A stretch of DNA of 64,000 nt, taken from the NCBI GenBank assembly GCA_963801295.1, contig CAWDEH010000007.1:699848-763847 (forward strand), in the 5' to 3' direction. The notes under the pieces were generated by a model. It did no database searches. It was given only the letters and a program-made list of their open reading frames with translations, and was not told the origin of the DNA. Shown here piece by piece: positions 44,059-56,325 of the stretch. Every line of letters starts with the position of its first letter. Positions within the stretch are counted from its first letter, which is position 1. The position numbers were made by a program, and so were the translations under genes. Source of the DNA: an uncultured Chitinophagaceae bacterium (GTDB lineage Bacteria; Bacteroidota; Bacteroidia; Chitinophagales; Chitinophagaceae).

Positions 44059-44370
44059 ATTTCGTTTTAGATTGCGTCAATGATTCCCTTCCACCGGTTT
44101 AAGCAGTTTTTATTATCACAAAAGAATTTGGAAATTTAAAAATTGACAGCAAAGGTTAAAGGAGTCCGGAGGCTTTTTATAGGAATGGAATGTCCGTGAC
44201 CGCCGTGTAAGAGAAGATAAAAATAGCTTGTTTTTTTTATAACTCCAAGTGACCGGGACAGGGAGGGCGGTCCGGCCAGCCCTGGGTCTGGCCCGCATTT
44301 GGATGGTGATCAGGGAGTCTTCCCGGTACTTTATATAAAATGCCTAATTTTGGGCCCTTTTAATAAGCTC

Positions 44371-45798
44371 ATGGAAAAAAATAACTTATTCGACTTTGGT
44401 ATGATCGGCCTGGGCACAATGGGCAGAAACCTGTTGCTGAATATGGCGGATCATGGATTTAAAGCCATTGGATTTGACAAAGACCTTCAGAAAGGAAAAT
44501 TACTGGAATCATCCGCTACGGATGGTACAACCGTAAAAGGAGTAGACAGCCTGGAGGCCCTGGTTCAGCAACTTGAGGCGCCACGGAAGATCATGATGCT
44601 TGTTCCGGCAGGAAAGCCTGTGGACGATGTGATCGGCTCCCTGCTTCCGCTGCTGCAACCCGGTGATATTATTATTGACGGAGGCAACTCGCATTATACC
44701 GACACTCTGCGGCGGGTTAATTTTGTCAGGGAGAAGGGTTTTCATTTTATGGGAATCGGTATTTCAGGCGGCGAACACGGCGCCCGCACGGGCCCCAGCA
44801 TCATGCCGGGCGGCGATCGCGGAAGCTTACGCAAAGGTAAAACCTATTCTGGAAGCTGTATCTGCCAAAGTAAATGGCAGCGCCTGCGTGGCTTTTCTCG
44901 GAAAGGGCGCAGCCGGCCACTACGTGAAAATGGTGCACAACGGGATCGAATACGCCATCATGCAGCTGATCAGCGAAACCTATCAGCTGCTGCACGAAGG
45001 AAAGGAACTCAGCAACGACGAACTCCATAAAATATATAAATCCTGGAATGAAGGGGAACTGCAATCTTACCTGGTGGAGATTACCCGGGATATATTCCTG
45101 CAGCCCGACGATAAAACCGATAACCGGCTGGTGGATATGATCCTGGACCGCGCAGGCGCCAAGGGTACAGGAAAATGGACATCACAGGATTCGATGGATA
45201 TCGGCATACCGGTTCCGGTGATCGATATCGCCGTTTCAATCCGCGATCTCTCTTCTGCAAAAGAGGAGCGAATTCAGGCCTCCGAATTATATAAACACAA
45301 TAAGTATAAAATTGAAGTTCCGGACGAAGTGTTCATACAGCAACTCGCCGATGCGCTCTATTTCTCCATGATCATTTGCTATGCCCAGGGACTGGCCCTG
45401 CTGCATAAAGCATCAACCGAGCTCCAGATGGATATTCCCCTGCCGGAAGTGGTGCGCATCTGGCGCGGGGGCTGCATTATCCGCTCCGCCCTGCTGGAAA
45501 TATTCTACACCGCCTTCCAGGAGAATCCCAAACTGGCCAATCTCTTGCTGGATAAAAATATTGCTGCGCTGATTTCTTCAAAAGAACAGCATTTGCGGGC
45601 GGTGATCATGCATACCACCCAAACCGGGTTTCCGGTAGCCGGACTCATGACTTCCCTTTGTTATTTCGAAGCTTATCGCAGTGCAAAACTGCCCACCAAT
45701 CTCATTCAGGCACAGCGGGATTATTTTGGAGCCCATACCTATCAGCGAGTGGATATGCCGGGATCTTTCACACGGAATGGGGAACATTTGACAACTAA
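44371..45798 (+). CDS. gndA: NADP-dependent 6-phosphogluconate dehydrogenase; frameshifted
   Basis: GLGTMG, IDGGNS, KMVHNGIEY, KGTGKW and IQAQRDYFGAH motifs. Confidence 0.95.
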
Positions 45799-45806
45799 AA
45801 ACATGT

Positions 45807-47302
45807 ATGGAAAATCATAAAAGACCATCCGCAACCCTCCTCTTTATATTTGGCGGAAGCGGCGACCTGAATTACCGGAAACTTTCCCCAGCCTTATATA
45901 ATCTTTTCATTGATGACTGGATGCCGGAGAAATTCAGCGTCATCGGCATCGGAAGAAGTGAATATTCTGATGAAAAATACCGGGCCATCTGCTCGAGGGT
46001 ATTAAACAATTCAGCCGGCGGAAAGAAGTAACGGATGAGCAATGGCAGGCTTTTTCTCCCCATATATCCTATCTGAAAATGGATGCAGAGAAGGACGAAG
46101 AGTACAACCTGATCGGAGATCTCATCAAAAAAAAGGAAGCCGAATTCGGAGAACACCCCAGCATCATTTTTTATATGGCGGTTGCCCCGCAGCTGGTTCC
46201 CGACATTGCTAAAAAACTGGGAAAGAAACATATCTCGCCCGACAGAAACTGCACCCGGATCGTAATTGAAAAACCATTCGGGCATGATCTGGAAAGCGCT
46301 CATGAGCTCAACGAACTGCTCATGAGTATGTATGATGAAAAACAGATTTACCGCATCGATCATTACCTCGGAAAAGAAACCGTTCAGAATATTATTGCGC
46401 TCCGGTTTGCGAATGCGCTCTTTGAACCCTTGTGGAACCGGAACTATATTGATCATGTACAAATTACCGCGGCGGAAACAGTCGGGTCCGAAGGGAGGGG
46501 CGCTTATTATGAGGGCGCCGGCGCATTGCGGGACATGGTGCAGAACCATATTCTCCAGCTCATTTGCATGATTGCCATGGAAGCGCCTGTTTCCTTCGAT
46601 GCGGATGAGATCCGGAATAAAAAAGTGGATGTGCTGAACGCGATCCGCCGGATCGGAAAAGATGAAGTCAGTAAATATGCCGTTCGCGGCCAGTATGAAG
46701 GCGGATGGATGGAAGGAGAGAAAGTTCCCGCCTATCGCGAAGAAAAAAATGTGGATCCGAAGTCATCCATTGAAACATTTGCCGCTGTCAAATTTTATAT
46801 CGATAACTGGCGCTGGCAGGATGTACCCTTTTATATCCGCACCGGAAAAAGACTTCACCAGAAAACAACCGTTATTAATATTGAATTCCGTCCGGCGCCC
46901 AGTTATGCTTTTCCACCGGAAGCAGCAGAAACATGGCGCCCGAACCGGCTTACCATCAGCATTCAGCCTGAAATGGATATCCGGCTTCGCTTTCAATCCA
47001 AAAGACCCGGACAAAGCATGACGTTGAATCCGGTAGACATGATCTTCCGGTATAAAGATGCGTATGATGGCAATGAGCCCGAAGCGTATGAGACCCTGCT
47101 CCTGGATATAATGGAAGGAAATGCCACCCTCTTCATGCGGAAAGACCAGGTGGAAGCCGCCTGGAAGATCATCATGCCCATCCTGGATGCCTGGAAAAAC
47201 AGAACACCCGTTTCTTTTCCAAACTATGCACCGGGTTCCTGGGGACCTGAAGATGCAGAGGCTTTGATTGCAAAGGATGGGCATCAGTGGATTGTGATGT
47301 AG
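45807..47302 (+). CDS. zwf: Glucose-6-phosphate dehydrogenase; frameshifted
   Basis: GGSGDL, EKPFG, RIDHYLGKE and RDMVQNH motifs. Confidence 0.95.
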
Positions 47303-47366
47303 GGGGTGCGTTGAGTTGACGGTCTGATATACGAGTTGACACGGATCAACGTATCAAGAAAATATC

Positions 47367-48102
47367 ATGAACAAACAGATATACAAAGACCCCGAGCACA
47401 CTCAGCAAAGAGCTGGCCGAATGGATCACCAGCCTGATTGAAGAAAAACTGCTGGTTCAGTCCCGGTTCTGTATTGCCCTTTCCGGCGGCAATACGCCAA
47501 AAAAATTAAATGAACTGTTGTCGTCTTCGCCGTATAAGGAAAGGATCGAATGGGAAAAGGTTCACGTGTTTTTCGGGGATGAAAGAGCTGTCCCTTTGGA
47601 GGATGAAAGGAACAATGCACGAATGGCTTTTGATACCCTGCTGAATAAAGTGAACATACCCAAAGATCAGATTCATATCATGCAAACCCAATTGACCCCC
47701 GAAAAGGCGGCGGAAGAATATGAAAAAACACTCCGGGAGAATTTTGGCGGGGATGAAAAGAGTTTTCCGGAAACAACTTTCGACCTGATTTTACTGGGTA
47801 TGGGCGACGACGGCCACACGCTTTCTCTTTTCCCCGGCACTCCGGTCATTCACGAAGAAAAAAAATGGGCTACTTCATTTTTTCTTCCGGCGCAGGATAT
47901 GTATCGCATTACCATTACAAAGAACGTAGCCAACCGGGCGAATTATATCGTGTTCATGATCAGTGGCAGCGGTAAAGCCCATGCCCTCCATGAAGTGCTG
48001 GAAGGGCAGTACAATCCCGATCTCTACCCATCCCAGGTGATTGAACCAGTGCATGGGGAATTGCATTTCTTCCTGGATGAGGCTGCCGCAGCGGAACTTT
48101 AG
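47367..48102 (+). CDS. pgl: 6-phosphogluconolactonase; frameshifted at the 5' end
   Basis: LSGGNTP, GDER and LGMGDDGHTLSLFP motifs. Confidence 0.92.
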
Positions 48103-48211
48103 CATCCGGTCATTTGACTACCTGTTCCGTGAATCAGCCTGTTGCATCAGGCAATCGTCTGCCCCGTAAATACAGGCATCTGCAGAATATACATTCAACC
48201 GTTGCGGAAAT

Positions 48212-48532
48212 TTAAGCGTCCACCGAATCATAAACGATCACGCGGTTCCACAAATGGGAGCATTCGTCTACAAAACGAAGATGAATCGGATCGATCTGAT
48301 AACTCTGCTGGTCGGCAGCATTGGCAAAGTAGATACACCAGGAAAATGCATAGGAAGTATCAATCACATCCCGCAACGTACCGGCAGGGCGGCCGATATG
48401 AAAACGTTTGATGGTTGAAACTTTTGAGAGTTTTTTTAATCCGGCAAATAATTGATCCCGGTCTTCTTCACTCTTCGGATTGGCAAGCCAAAAAAATACA
48501 TGATGGATAAACACATTCTTTTCTTCAGGCAT
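48212..48532 (-). CDS. Dabb (stress-responsive A/B barrel) protein
   Basis: FIHHVFFWL and YQIDPIHLRF motifs. Confidence 0.85.
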   Translation of the reverse strand: MPEEKNVFIHHVFFWLANPKSEEDRDQLFAGLKKLSKVSTIKRFHIGRPAGTLRDVIDTSYAFSWCIYFANAADQQSYQIDPIHLRFVDECSHLWNRVIVYDSVDA

Positions 48533-48556
48533 TTTGATAAAGGTTTAATTTTAAAG

Positions 48557-50776
48557 TCATTTTCTTTTCTCCTGCCGGTTTAAATTCCAGCTTATCTTAA
48601 ACAATATATTACCGGGCGCACCGGGCCATTTATATAAATTATTGTAAGCGCCGGTCCAATACGTTTGATTGGTAATATTATTCCAGTTCATGGCAATACT
48701 AAAATGATCCAGCGCATAACTTACTCCGCCCTGAAATATAATGTATCCCGGCAATTGAATCCGCTGATCAAGGGTATTTCTTTTTCCTGTCTGATTATAA
48801 CCGGCCATCAGGGAAAGCCTTTTTAAAAGCCCTTTGTCGAACCGGTACTTTATAAATCCACTCCCTGAATTCACGGGCGCATTTTCCTTGAGCCTGCCGA
48901 TATCCTGATGAATTTCGCTTTTTTTAATCTTTGCCAGATTGTAAGCATAAGCGAAATGGATGCTCAGGTTTGAGCGTATATTTCCATTCAATTCCGTCTC
49001 AATTCCACGGGCCTGATCTTCTCCCCGCTGTATGTAAAGATCGGGATTAACGGGATCATTTGCGTTCACTGCCACATTAAAAACGGAAAGTTGATAAAAT
49101 GAAACCGTTGCATATAACTTATTTTTGATCAGGGCCGCCTTTAATCCCAGTTCCATTAATTCACTCTGTATCGGTTTAAACGGCGCATTGAATTTCTGTG
49201 CGGTGGCGGATGCTTCATATGGGTCAAAACCCCTGCTGTAGACAGCATAAGCATTTAGAGAAGGCAGGATAGCGTAAACCAGTCCGGCCCTGGGCAGCCA
49301 TAGATTCTGAACCGTAGCCACCGAGCCGCTGTCATCGTCCGCGGGTGATCGGTAAAACTCCCTGCGCAAACCCAGTAAAAGCCGGAATTTCTTATATCCG
49401 ATCTGATCCTGTACATAGAAACCATTAGTATGATACTGATCTGCATCTAACCCGCGCTCATCATTGGCCGAGACCTGATAAAGGTCAACAGGATGTTTAA
49501 GGTAAACCGGATTCGTGAAACTGAATGTGCCCACGATACCACTTCCTTCGCCGAACGTACCGGGAAGTTCATAACGGTTTTGATCAAGCGAAATTTTGCT
49601 TTGTATGAAATCATATCCGGCTAGCAGGTTATGCGTAAAGAGGCCGGTCTTAAATTTGAAATCAAAATAATTACTGAGTGAATGGGTGACCGTGTGAAAA
49701 TTCCATTTTTGAAAATAAAGATCCACGGAATCATTGCTGATATACCCTGCAAAGCCATGCTCCGCCACCCGCTGCTGTGTAATATAATTCAGGTACCCGC
49801 TGTGAAACTGAATATGGTCATTGATGTTCCAGTCCGCTGAAACCATCGAAGCCATGTCCGTCTCTTTTAAATAATCTCCCGGCTGACTAACGGAAAGCTT
49901 CCGGGAAGTTGCTTTCAGATCGGGATCCAGTTCCTCTCCCGGCTGACCCCGGTCAAGTACGGTACCGATATGGGATAAAGAAAAATCTGCAGTAAACCGG
50001 ATCCGGTCATTTGGAATAAATGAAAATGAAGGGGCGATCTGATATGATTTTGAAAAGTCTTCATACCGGAATCCATCCGACCGGTCATAGCCTGCATTGA
50101 GGCGGTATAACAGATTTTCAGATTTATTCAGGGGTCCGGTCACATCCCCCTGTGCACGAAAATGGTTGCGGCTTCCACCGAATACAGCCAATTCCCCCGA
50201 CCGGTCTGCCAGGGGCTTTTTGGTAACCAGGTCAACACTTCCCCCGGGATCGCTATTGCCGGATAAAGCACCTGCGGGTCCCTTAATCACATCAATGCTT
50301 TCAATGTTCAGCAGCATAGCGCTGCTGTAAGTGGTATTGTATCCGCGGAGGCCATTGATATTACGGGCATTCTCTGCACGAAATCCCCGGATGGTATATT
50401 CATCGAAACCGGAATAATGATTCACACCTGCCACATCCGTTACTGCCTCCTTCAGTGAAAGTTCCATTTTGTCATCCATCAGTTCACGGGAAATACCGGA
50501 AATGGTTTGGGGAACAACGATTACCGGAGACGCTGTTTTAGTGCCGGTTGATGAAAATGGCAGAAAATAAGTTTTGTTCAGGATCAGGTTCACTTCTACC
50601 TTTTCGAGCGCATTAAAGATTAACCGATTTGCCGTATCAATCATTTTGCCGCCAGCGGGGTCCGGAACCTGTTGCGCAGGGGAAGACAGGCTGCCGAGCA
50701 GTAAATACAGGATTAATATAATCCGGCAGCGGATAAGATTCGGCCACATTTGCGCACAAAATAAGCAAACCGGCAC
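48557..50776 (-). CDS. TonB-dependent receptor (siderophore-receptor-like); start uncertain
   Basis: VPQTIS plug start, IRGF, NIESIDVIKGP, LVTKKP and NNITNQTY motifs. Confidence 0.88.
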   Translation of the reverse strand: MPVCLFCAQMWPNLIRCRIILILYLLLGSLSSPAQQVPDPAGGKMIDTANRLIFNALEKVEVNLILNKTYFLPFSSTGTKTASPVIVVPQTISGISRELMDDKMELSLKEAVTDVAGVNHYSGFDEYTIRGFRAENARNINGLRGYNTTYSSAMLLNIESIDVIKGPAGALSGNSDPGGSVDLVTKKPLADRSGELAVFGGSRNHFRAQGDVTGPLNKSENLLYRLNAGYDRSDGFRYEDFSKSYQIAPSFSFIPNDRIRFTADFSLSHIGTVLDRGQPGEELDPDLKATSRKLSVSQPGDYLKETDMASMVSADWNINDHIQFHSGYLNYITQQRVAEHGFAGYISNDSVDLYFQKWNFHTVTHSLSNYFDFKFKTGLFTHNLLAGYDFIQSKISLDQNRYELPGTFGEGSGIVGTFSFTNPVYLKHPVDLYQVSANDERGLDADQYHTNGFYVQDQIGYKKFRLLLGLRREFYRSPADDDSGSVATVQNLWLPRAGLVYAILPSLNAYAVYSRGFDPYEASATAQKFNAPFKPIQSELMELGLKAALIKNKLYATVSFYQLSVFNVAVNANDPVNPDLYIQRGEDQARGIETELNGNIRSNLSIHFAYAYNLAKIKKSEIHQDIGRLKENAPVNSGSGFIKYRFDKGLLKRLSLMAGYNQTGKRNTLDQRIQLPGYIIFQGGVSYALDHFSIAMNWNNITNQTYWTGAYNNLYKWPGAPGNILFKISWNLNRQEKRK

Positions 50777-50780
50777 GCAA

Positions 50781-52569
50781 TTACAATGGGTACTTGTTCA
50801 GGCCAATGAGCTGGCCGGCAATTTTTCTTTTTGCCTCCTTGGCATTGAACGGATTCACTTTGGTGAATCTTTTCAGTCCAAGCAATAACATCCGTTGTTC
50901 ATCGCCATCGGCAAAGGCGTTAATCGCATCTTTTCCTGATTTATTCAGCTGGTCAGCCGCATCATAAAGAAAGGTGCTCACCACGTCCGGCTCAAACGTC
51001 AAATTGCCATTTCCCTCTGTTAGCTTGATAAGCCTGATCAATGCACTTTCCGCATGAAAAGTAACCGTGGCCATATCGGCAATATGCATCAGGATCTCCT
51101 GCTCATTTTCGAGATCTGTATATCAGTTTTTGAACCGCTGCGCCGGCCGTCATCAGGATGGCTTTTTTAAATTGTGCAATGATTTTCTTTTCCGTGGCGA
51201 AAGGGGTGTCATCGGAAGAACCGAAATCCGGAATGCTCACCAGTTCTTTCGCAACCGCTTTGGCAGGCGTAAGAATATCGAGCCGTCCCTTCGCCGCTCT
51301 TTTTAAAACCATATCCACAATGAGCAGCCGGTTGATTTCATTGGTGCCTTCAAAAATCCGGTTGATGCGACTGTCGCGGTATGATCTGGAAACGCTGTAT
51401 TCATCACTGAAGCCATTTCCGCCATGTATCTGCACGGCTTCATCCACGACAAAATCCAGCATTTCACTTCCGAAAATTTTCAGCATGGCGCATTCGATGG
51501 CATATTCCTCTGCTGCACCCGAGGGCTGCTTCATTCACCGGCTTGCCTTCTTCCAGCAGTTCTTCTTTTTTTTGTTCGATCCAGGCGGCTGTGCGGTACA
51601 ATGCGCTTTCAGCAACCCAGATATAGATGGCCATTTCCGCGATCTTGTTTTTAATGGCGCCAAACTGGGAGATCATGGTTTTAAACTGTTCGCGGGTATT
51701 GGCATATTCGATAGCGGTGCCGGCCACACGCTTTCCGGCGCCAAGGGCTGCTGCGCACAATTTCAACCGGCCGATATTCAGGATATTAAAGGCGATGATA
51801 TGACCGCTGGCCAATTTCACCCAGCAGATTTTCCACAGGCACTTTACAATCCTGAAAATAGAGCTGAACGGTTGATGAGCCTTTGATACCCATTTTATGT
51901 TCTTCCGGCCCCCGGGTAAAACCTTCAAAATCCTTTTCCACGATAAACGCAGAAAATTTTTCGCCGTCTATTTTAGCAAACACGGTGTAAACATCTGCGA
52001 ATCCGCCATTGGTGATCCAGCATTTTTGTCCGTTCAGCAGATAATATTTTCCATCCTTACTTAATGTGGCCGAAGTTTTTGCGCTGAGGGCATCGCTCCC
52101 GCTGTTGGGTTCGGTTAGCCCGTAGGAAGCCTTTCCATTCCCCGCTGGCCAGTTTCGGAATGTATTTTTCTTTCTGCGCTTCCGTACCGAAATAGAGGAT
52201 GGGCAGGGTGCCGATGCCCGTATGGGCCGCCAGCGCAACCGAAAAAGAAAAGCCGCCACCGAGCGCTTCATTAACGATCGTGGAGGTAATGAAATCCTTT
52301 CCGAGTCCGCCAAGCTCTTCCGGAACGGAAGCGCCCAGCAAACCCTGTTCACCGGCTTTTACCAGCAGAGAGGGCATGAGACCGGGTTCCAGCTTATCGA
52401 TCCGCTCCATGATCGGCAGTACTTCTGCATCCAGGAAGGAAGCGCACATTTCTTTCACCATGCGCTGTTCCTCATTAAAATCTTCCGGGATAAAAGTAAG
52501 CGCTGCAGATTCACGGATCAGCCATTCACCGCCCCCGATTTGTTCCTGTTTGATGGTTGCTGTGCTCAT
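50781..52569 (-). CDS. Acyl-CoA dehydrogenase; several indels
   Basis: [34 protein letters not shown] and RIFEGTNEI motifs. Confidence 0.92.
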
Positions 52570-52610
52570 GATGTATTATTTATTTTTTAAGAATATCATT
52601 CACCCAATTC

Positions 52611-53053
52611 CTATTTAAGATTATCATATACAACCTGCAGTACCGATTTACAGATTTCTATTTGTTCTGCCGGAACGCTTTCCAGTGCTTCATTCAGGGT
52701 TTCTTCCGCCAGTTTGCATGGTCTGTTCCTGCAATTTCGCTGCCGTTTTGGTCAGGCAGATACGGTTTATTCTCCGGTCGTCGGAAGAAGCAACCCGTTT
52801 CACAAGCTGCAATTTTTCGAGATTGTCCACCAGCCGGGTGATGCTGGGTTTATCGCGGAACGTGGCACGACAAAGATCCTGCTGGCTCTGTCCGTCCTGC
52901 TTCCACAACTGATGATAATACGCTCCATTGTTCAATGGTAATATTCAGATTCGCCTGATTGAATTTCTTCTGAAGCCTGCGCGCAATGGCGATGGATGCC
53001 TTGCCGGTGACAAAACTATATAACTCTCCTTTCTTAAATTGGTTGTTTGGCAT
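52611..53053 (-). CDS. MarR family transcriptional regulator; frameshifted
   Basis: ITIEQW, DKPSITRLVDNLEK and DRR winged-helix motifs. Confidence 0.9.
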
Positions 53054-53057
53054 ATAG

Positions 53058-53082
53058 TTAGTTAAACAACTAATCAAATCTA
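53058..53082 (-). promoter_or_regulatory. marR promoter (TAGATTTG at 53075-53082) with adjacent palindromic operator TTAGTT-N4-AACTAA
   Basis: Exact -7 box; the 6-4-6 palindrome at 53058-53073 spans the expected transcription start. Confidence 0.65.
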
Positions 53083-53249
53083 CTCATTTCCCATTGCTAT
53101 TGCAAATATTTTTGGGCCGGGCGCTGAATATTTCAGGCCGGTCGCAGGGGATATCTTGTCCGGATTCCGCTTCAAGATTTCAGGATCCTGCACTCCCACC
53201 GTTTTACCATCGTCATTTCTTCCGGATTTCGCTTTGTATATTTGAATCA

Positions 53250-54436
53250 ATGATGGTATTCATCGCTATTACCGGAATCCTATTGTTCTTTTATTCCCTG
53301 CTGATCCTTTATTATCACTGGCTTTGGGACCGGATACCCTCTGCGGAAAAAAAGAAAGACGGACTTTCTCCAGGCCTTCTCCCTGAGAAATCCATCTTAG
53401 CGGAAGACGGCGCCAGACTTCACAGTTAAAGTTTCCATCATCATCCCTGCAAGGAACGAAGCAGACCATATTGGTAACTGTCTTCGATCCATTTCAGATC
53501 AGCAATATCCGGCTCATTTATTAGAAACCATTGTGATAAATGATTTTTCCACCGATCAGACGGCTTCCGATTGTGGAGCAGTTTCCAGGCAAGGCCCGGC
53601 TGTTAAACCTGTACGATTTCATAACAACGCATAACCTGAATGCTTATAAAAAGAAAGCGATCGAAACCGGGATTGCGCATGCAACCGGTGAGCTGATCGT
53701 ATGCACGGACGCCGACTGCACGGCAGGTCCGGAATGGATTGCGAGCCTGGTGAAAGCATACCGGGAGAAAAATTATCAGATCATTGCCGCCCCGGTGAAA
53801 ATTAAGGAGAATGGTTCCGCAATTTCTGTATTCCAGGCGCTTGATTTTATTTCCCTGCAGGGAATTACCGGCGCTGCCGTTTATAAGCATCTCTATCCGA
53901 TGTGCAATGGGGCCAATCTCGCTTATTCCCGTTCCGCATTCCTCGCGGTTGACGGATTTAAAGGGATCGATCATATTGCTTCCGGCGACGACATGCTGCT
54001 GATGGGCAAAATACAATCGCAGTTTCCCGGCAAAGCAGCTTATCTGAAGGATCCCGCAGCCATCGTCAGTACGGAAGCGGCTGACAGCCTGAATTCCTTT
54101 TTCCGACAGCGGATCCGGTGGGCTAGCAAAGCCTCCCACTACAGCAATCCGCGCATATTGCTTACCATGGCCCTGGTGTATGCACTGAATTTTTGCCTCC
54201 TGCTGCTTTTTTTCCTAAGCTTTTACCATCAGGGCTGGCACTGGCTTGTCTTCTTTCTTGTGCTCAAAATCTTTGCGGAATATTTTTTTGTTTCCAAAGT
54301 CGCCTCCTTTTTCCGGCAAAGACAACTCATGAAATATTTTATTTTCTGCCAGCCCGCCCATATTCTATATACCGTTATTGCCGGGGCTTTTGGTGTTTTT
54401 GGGAAATATCAGTGGAAAGACAGGAAGGTCAGATAG
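53250..54436 (+). CDS. Membrane-bound glycosyltransferase family 2; frameshifted
   Basis: VSIIIPARNE, TDADC, CNGAN, SGDD and QRIRW motifs. Confidence 0.88.
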
Positions 54437-54550
54437 GTGGATGGAGGATGTTGAAGTGATCGTAAAAATTCCGACAACCTTTGTTTATGTAAAAAGTATA
54501 CTTTAGCCTTGCGGGGAGATCCATCAACCATGAACCATCAACTATCAACG
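54434..54550. repeat. Degenerate CCAT-family heptamer element
   Basis: ggtggatggaggatg ... ccatcaaccatgaaccatcaactatcaac. Confidence 0.55.
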
Positions 54551-54558
54551 AAAACTTC

Positions 54559-55638
54559 TTGAACACCGCTAACACATCCCAGTCCCCGTTTCGCCGTCTC
54601 AAAAAAAATCCGGGTGCAGTAATCGGCATGGTGCTGATCAGCATTGCGATGTTCGTAGCTGTTTTTGCCTACATGCTGGCCCCGGATCACAGTCCGGATG
54701 CCAACCGGATGACGCTGGAGATCGGTGGACATAAACCGGGCTTTCATCAGTCTTTTCTTCTGATCAGGAAACAGCGGCCCATTGCCGTTAAATCCAGGAT
54801 TGCGGAATTATTTTCAGGTGCAGATGACCGATATGATTACATCCCCATCAGTTCTTATCAGCAAACGGGCGACAGTCTGGTCGTAAATAAATTTATAGAT
54901 GAAGGCATCAGCGAACGCAGATCCTACTTCCATCCCGCCGCAGATGATCGAATACTGATCAAAGAAAAAACATTCTGGCTGGGTACCGATCGCTACGGAA
55001 GAGATATTCTCAGCCGGCTGATCATCGGTGTGCGGGTTAGCCTGGCCGTGGGCCTCATTACCGTTTTGCTCTCCCTCAGCATCGGCATCCTGCTGGGCGC
55101 CATTGCCGGTTATTTTGGGGGAACCGCTGATAATATTATCATGTGGTTTCTGAATGTAATCTGGAGCATCCCTACTTTGCTGCTGGTATTTGCGCTCACG
55201 TTACTATTGGGAAAGGGTTTCTGGCAGGTTTTTATCGCCATCGGATTAACAATGTGGGTGAATGTGGCGCGTATTGTGCGCGGGCAGGTACTCGCGGTAA
55301 AGCAACTGGAATATGTGGAAGCCGCCCGGGCCATGGGATATTCAACTTTCAGGATTATCGCTAAACATATTCTTCCCAATATTATGGGGCCGGTGCTGGT
55401 GATCGCTGCATCCAATTTCGCGTCCGCCATTATCATTGAAGCCGGATTGAGTTTTCTGGGTATTGGCGTTCAGCCGCCCCAACCCAGCTGGGGGCTCATG
55501 ATCAAAGAAAACTATAATTTCATTATTACGAATAATCCCATGCTGGCCCTGGTTCCCGGGTTTGCCATCATGCTCATCGTACTGGCCTTTAATTTACTGG
55601 GAAACGGATTGCGGGACGCCATGAATGTGAAAGAGTGA
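54559..55638 (+). CDS. Peptide/nickel ABC transporter permease (DppC/OppC-like)
   Basis: WLGTDRYGRD, EAARAMG and EAGLSFLG motifs. Confidence 0.92.
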   Translation: MNTANTSQSPFRRLKKNPGAVIGMVLISIAMFVAVFAYMLAPDHSPDANRMTLEIGGHKPGFHQSFLLIRKQRPIAVKSRIAELFSGADDRYDYIPISSYQQTGDSLVVNKFIDEGISERRSYFHPAADDRILIKEKTFWLGTDRYGRDILSRLIIGVRVSLAVGLITVLLSLSIGILLGAIAGYFGGTADNIIMWFLNVIWSIPTLLLVFALTLLLGKGFWQVFIAIGLTMWVNVARIVRGQVLAVKQLEYVEAARAMGYSTFRIIAKHILPNIMGPVLVIAASNFASAIIIEAGLSFLGIGVQPPQPSWGLMIKENYNFIITNNPMLALVPGFAIMLIVLAFNLLGNGLRDAMNVKE

Positions 55639-55695
55639 ATAATTGGATGCACAAATGGCTACAGGATTATGCTTAAGAACAGAATAACTCCCTGC

Positions 55696-56178
55696 TTATG
55701 ACTTCTCAGGTATTTTATAAACCTGAACATTGCGGTTAAAACTCTCATCCAGGGAAATAAATGTTTCGGTTCTTTCAATCCCTTTTATTTTCTGCAATTC
55801 ATCGTGCAATACAAACCGGAGCTGTGCAATGTCCTTACAAACGATTTCGGCAAACATACTGTAATTGCCCGTGGTATAGTTCAATCGCACAATATCCGGG
55901 ATCCTGCGCAATTCTTTGGCTACAGAATCATAAAGAGAGCTTTTTTCCAGATAAATTCCGATAAAAGCAATCACATCATAACCTAAATGTTTTAGATTTA
56001 CATTCAGTCTGGTACCTTTAACGATACCGATTTCCTGCAGCTTTTTAATCCGCACATGAATCGTGCCCCCTGAAACAAACAGTTTTTTTCCCAGATCGGC
56101 ATAGGAGATTTCTGCATTTTCCATCATTTCATGGATAATTTGGAGATCCAGTTTATCCAGATTAAATTTCATAGCCAT
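55696..56178 (-). CDS. Lrp/AsnC family transcriptional regulator (AsnC-like)
   Basis: LDKLD, VSGGTIHVRIKKL, YTTGNYS and TETFISL motifs. Confidence 0.93.
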   Translation of the reverse strand: MAMKFNLDKLDLQIIHEMMENAEISYADLGKKLFVSGGTIHVRIKKLQEIGIVKGTRLNVNLKHLGYDVIAFIGIYLEKSSLYDSVAKELRRIPDIVRLNYTTGNYSMFAEIVCKDIAQLRFVLHDELQKIKGIERTETFISLDESFNRNVQVYKIPEKS

Positions 56179-56325
56179 TTGAAGATCGGTTTTTAATAAT
56201 ATTCAATAAATATACCTAATAATTGAATATATTCGAATATTTTAAAAAATTTATTAAATATAATTCAATAATTATGCAATTTACCTTAATATTGCAGGGT
56301 CAACGCGTTAAAGCAGCGACTTTAC

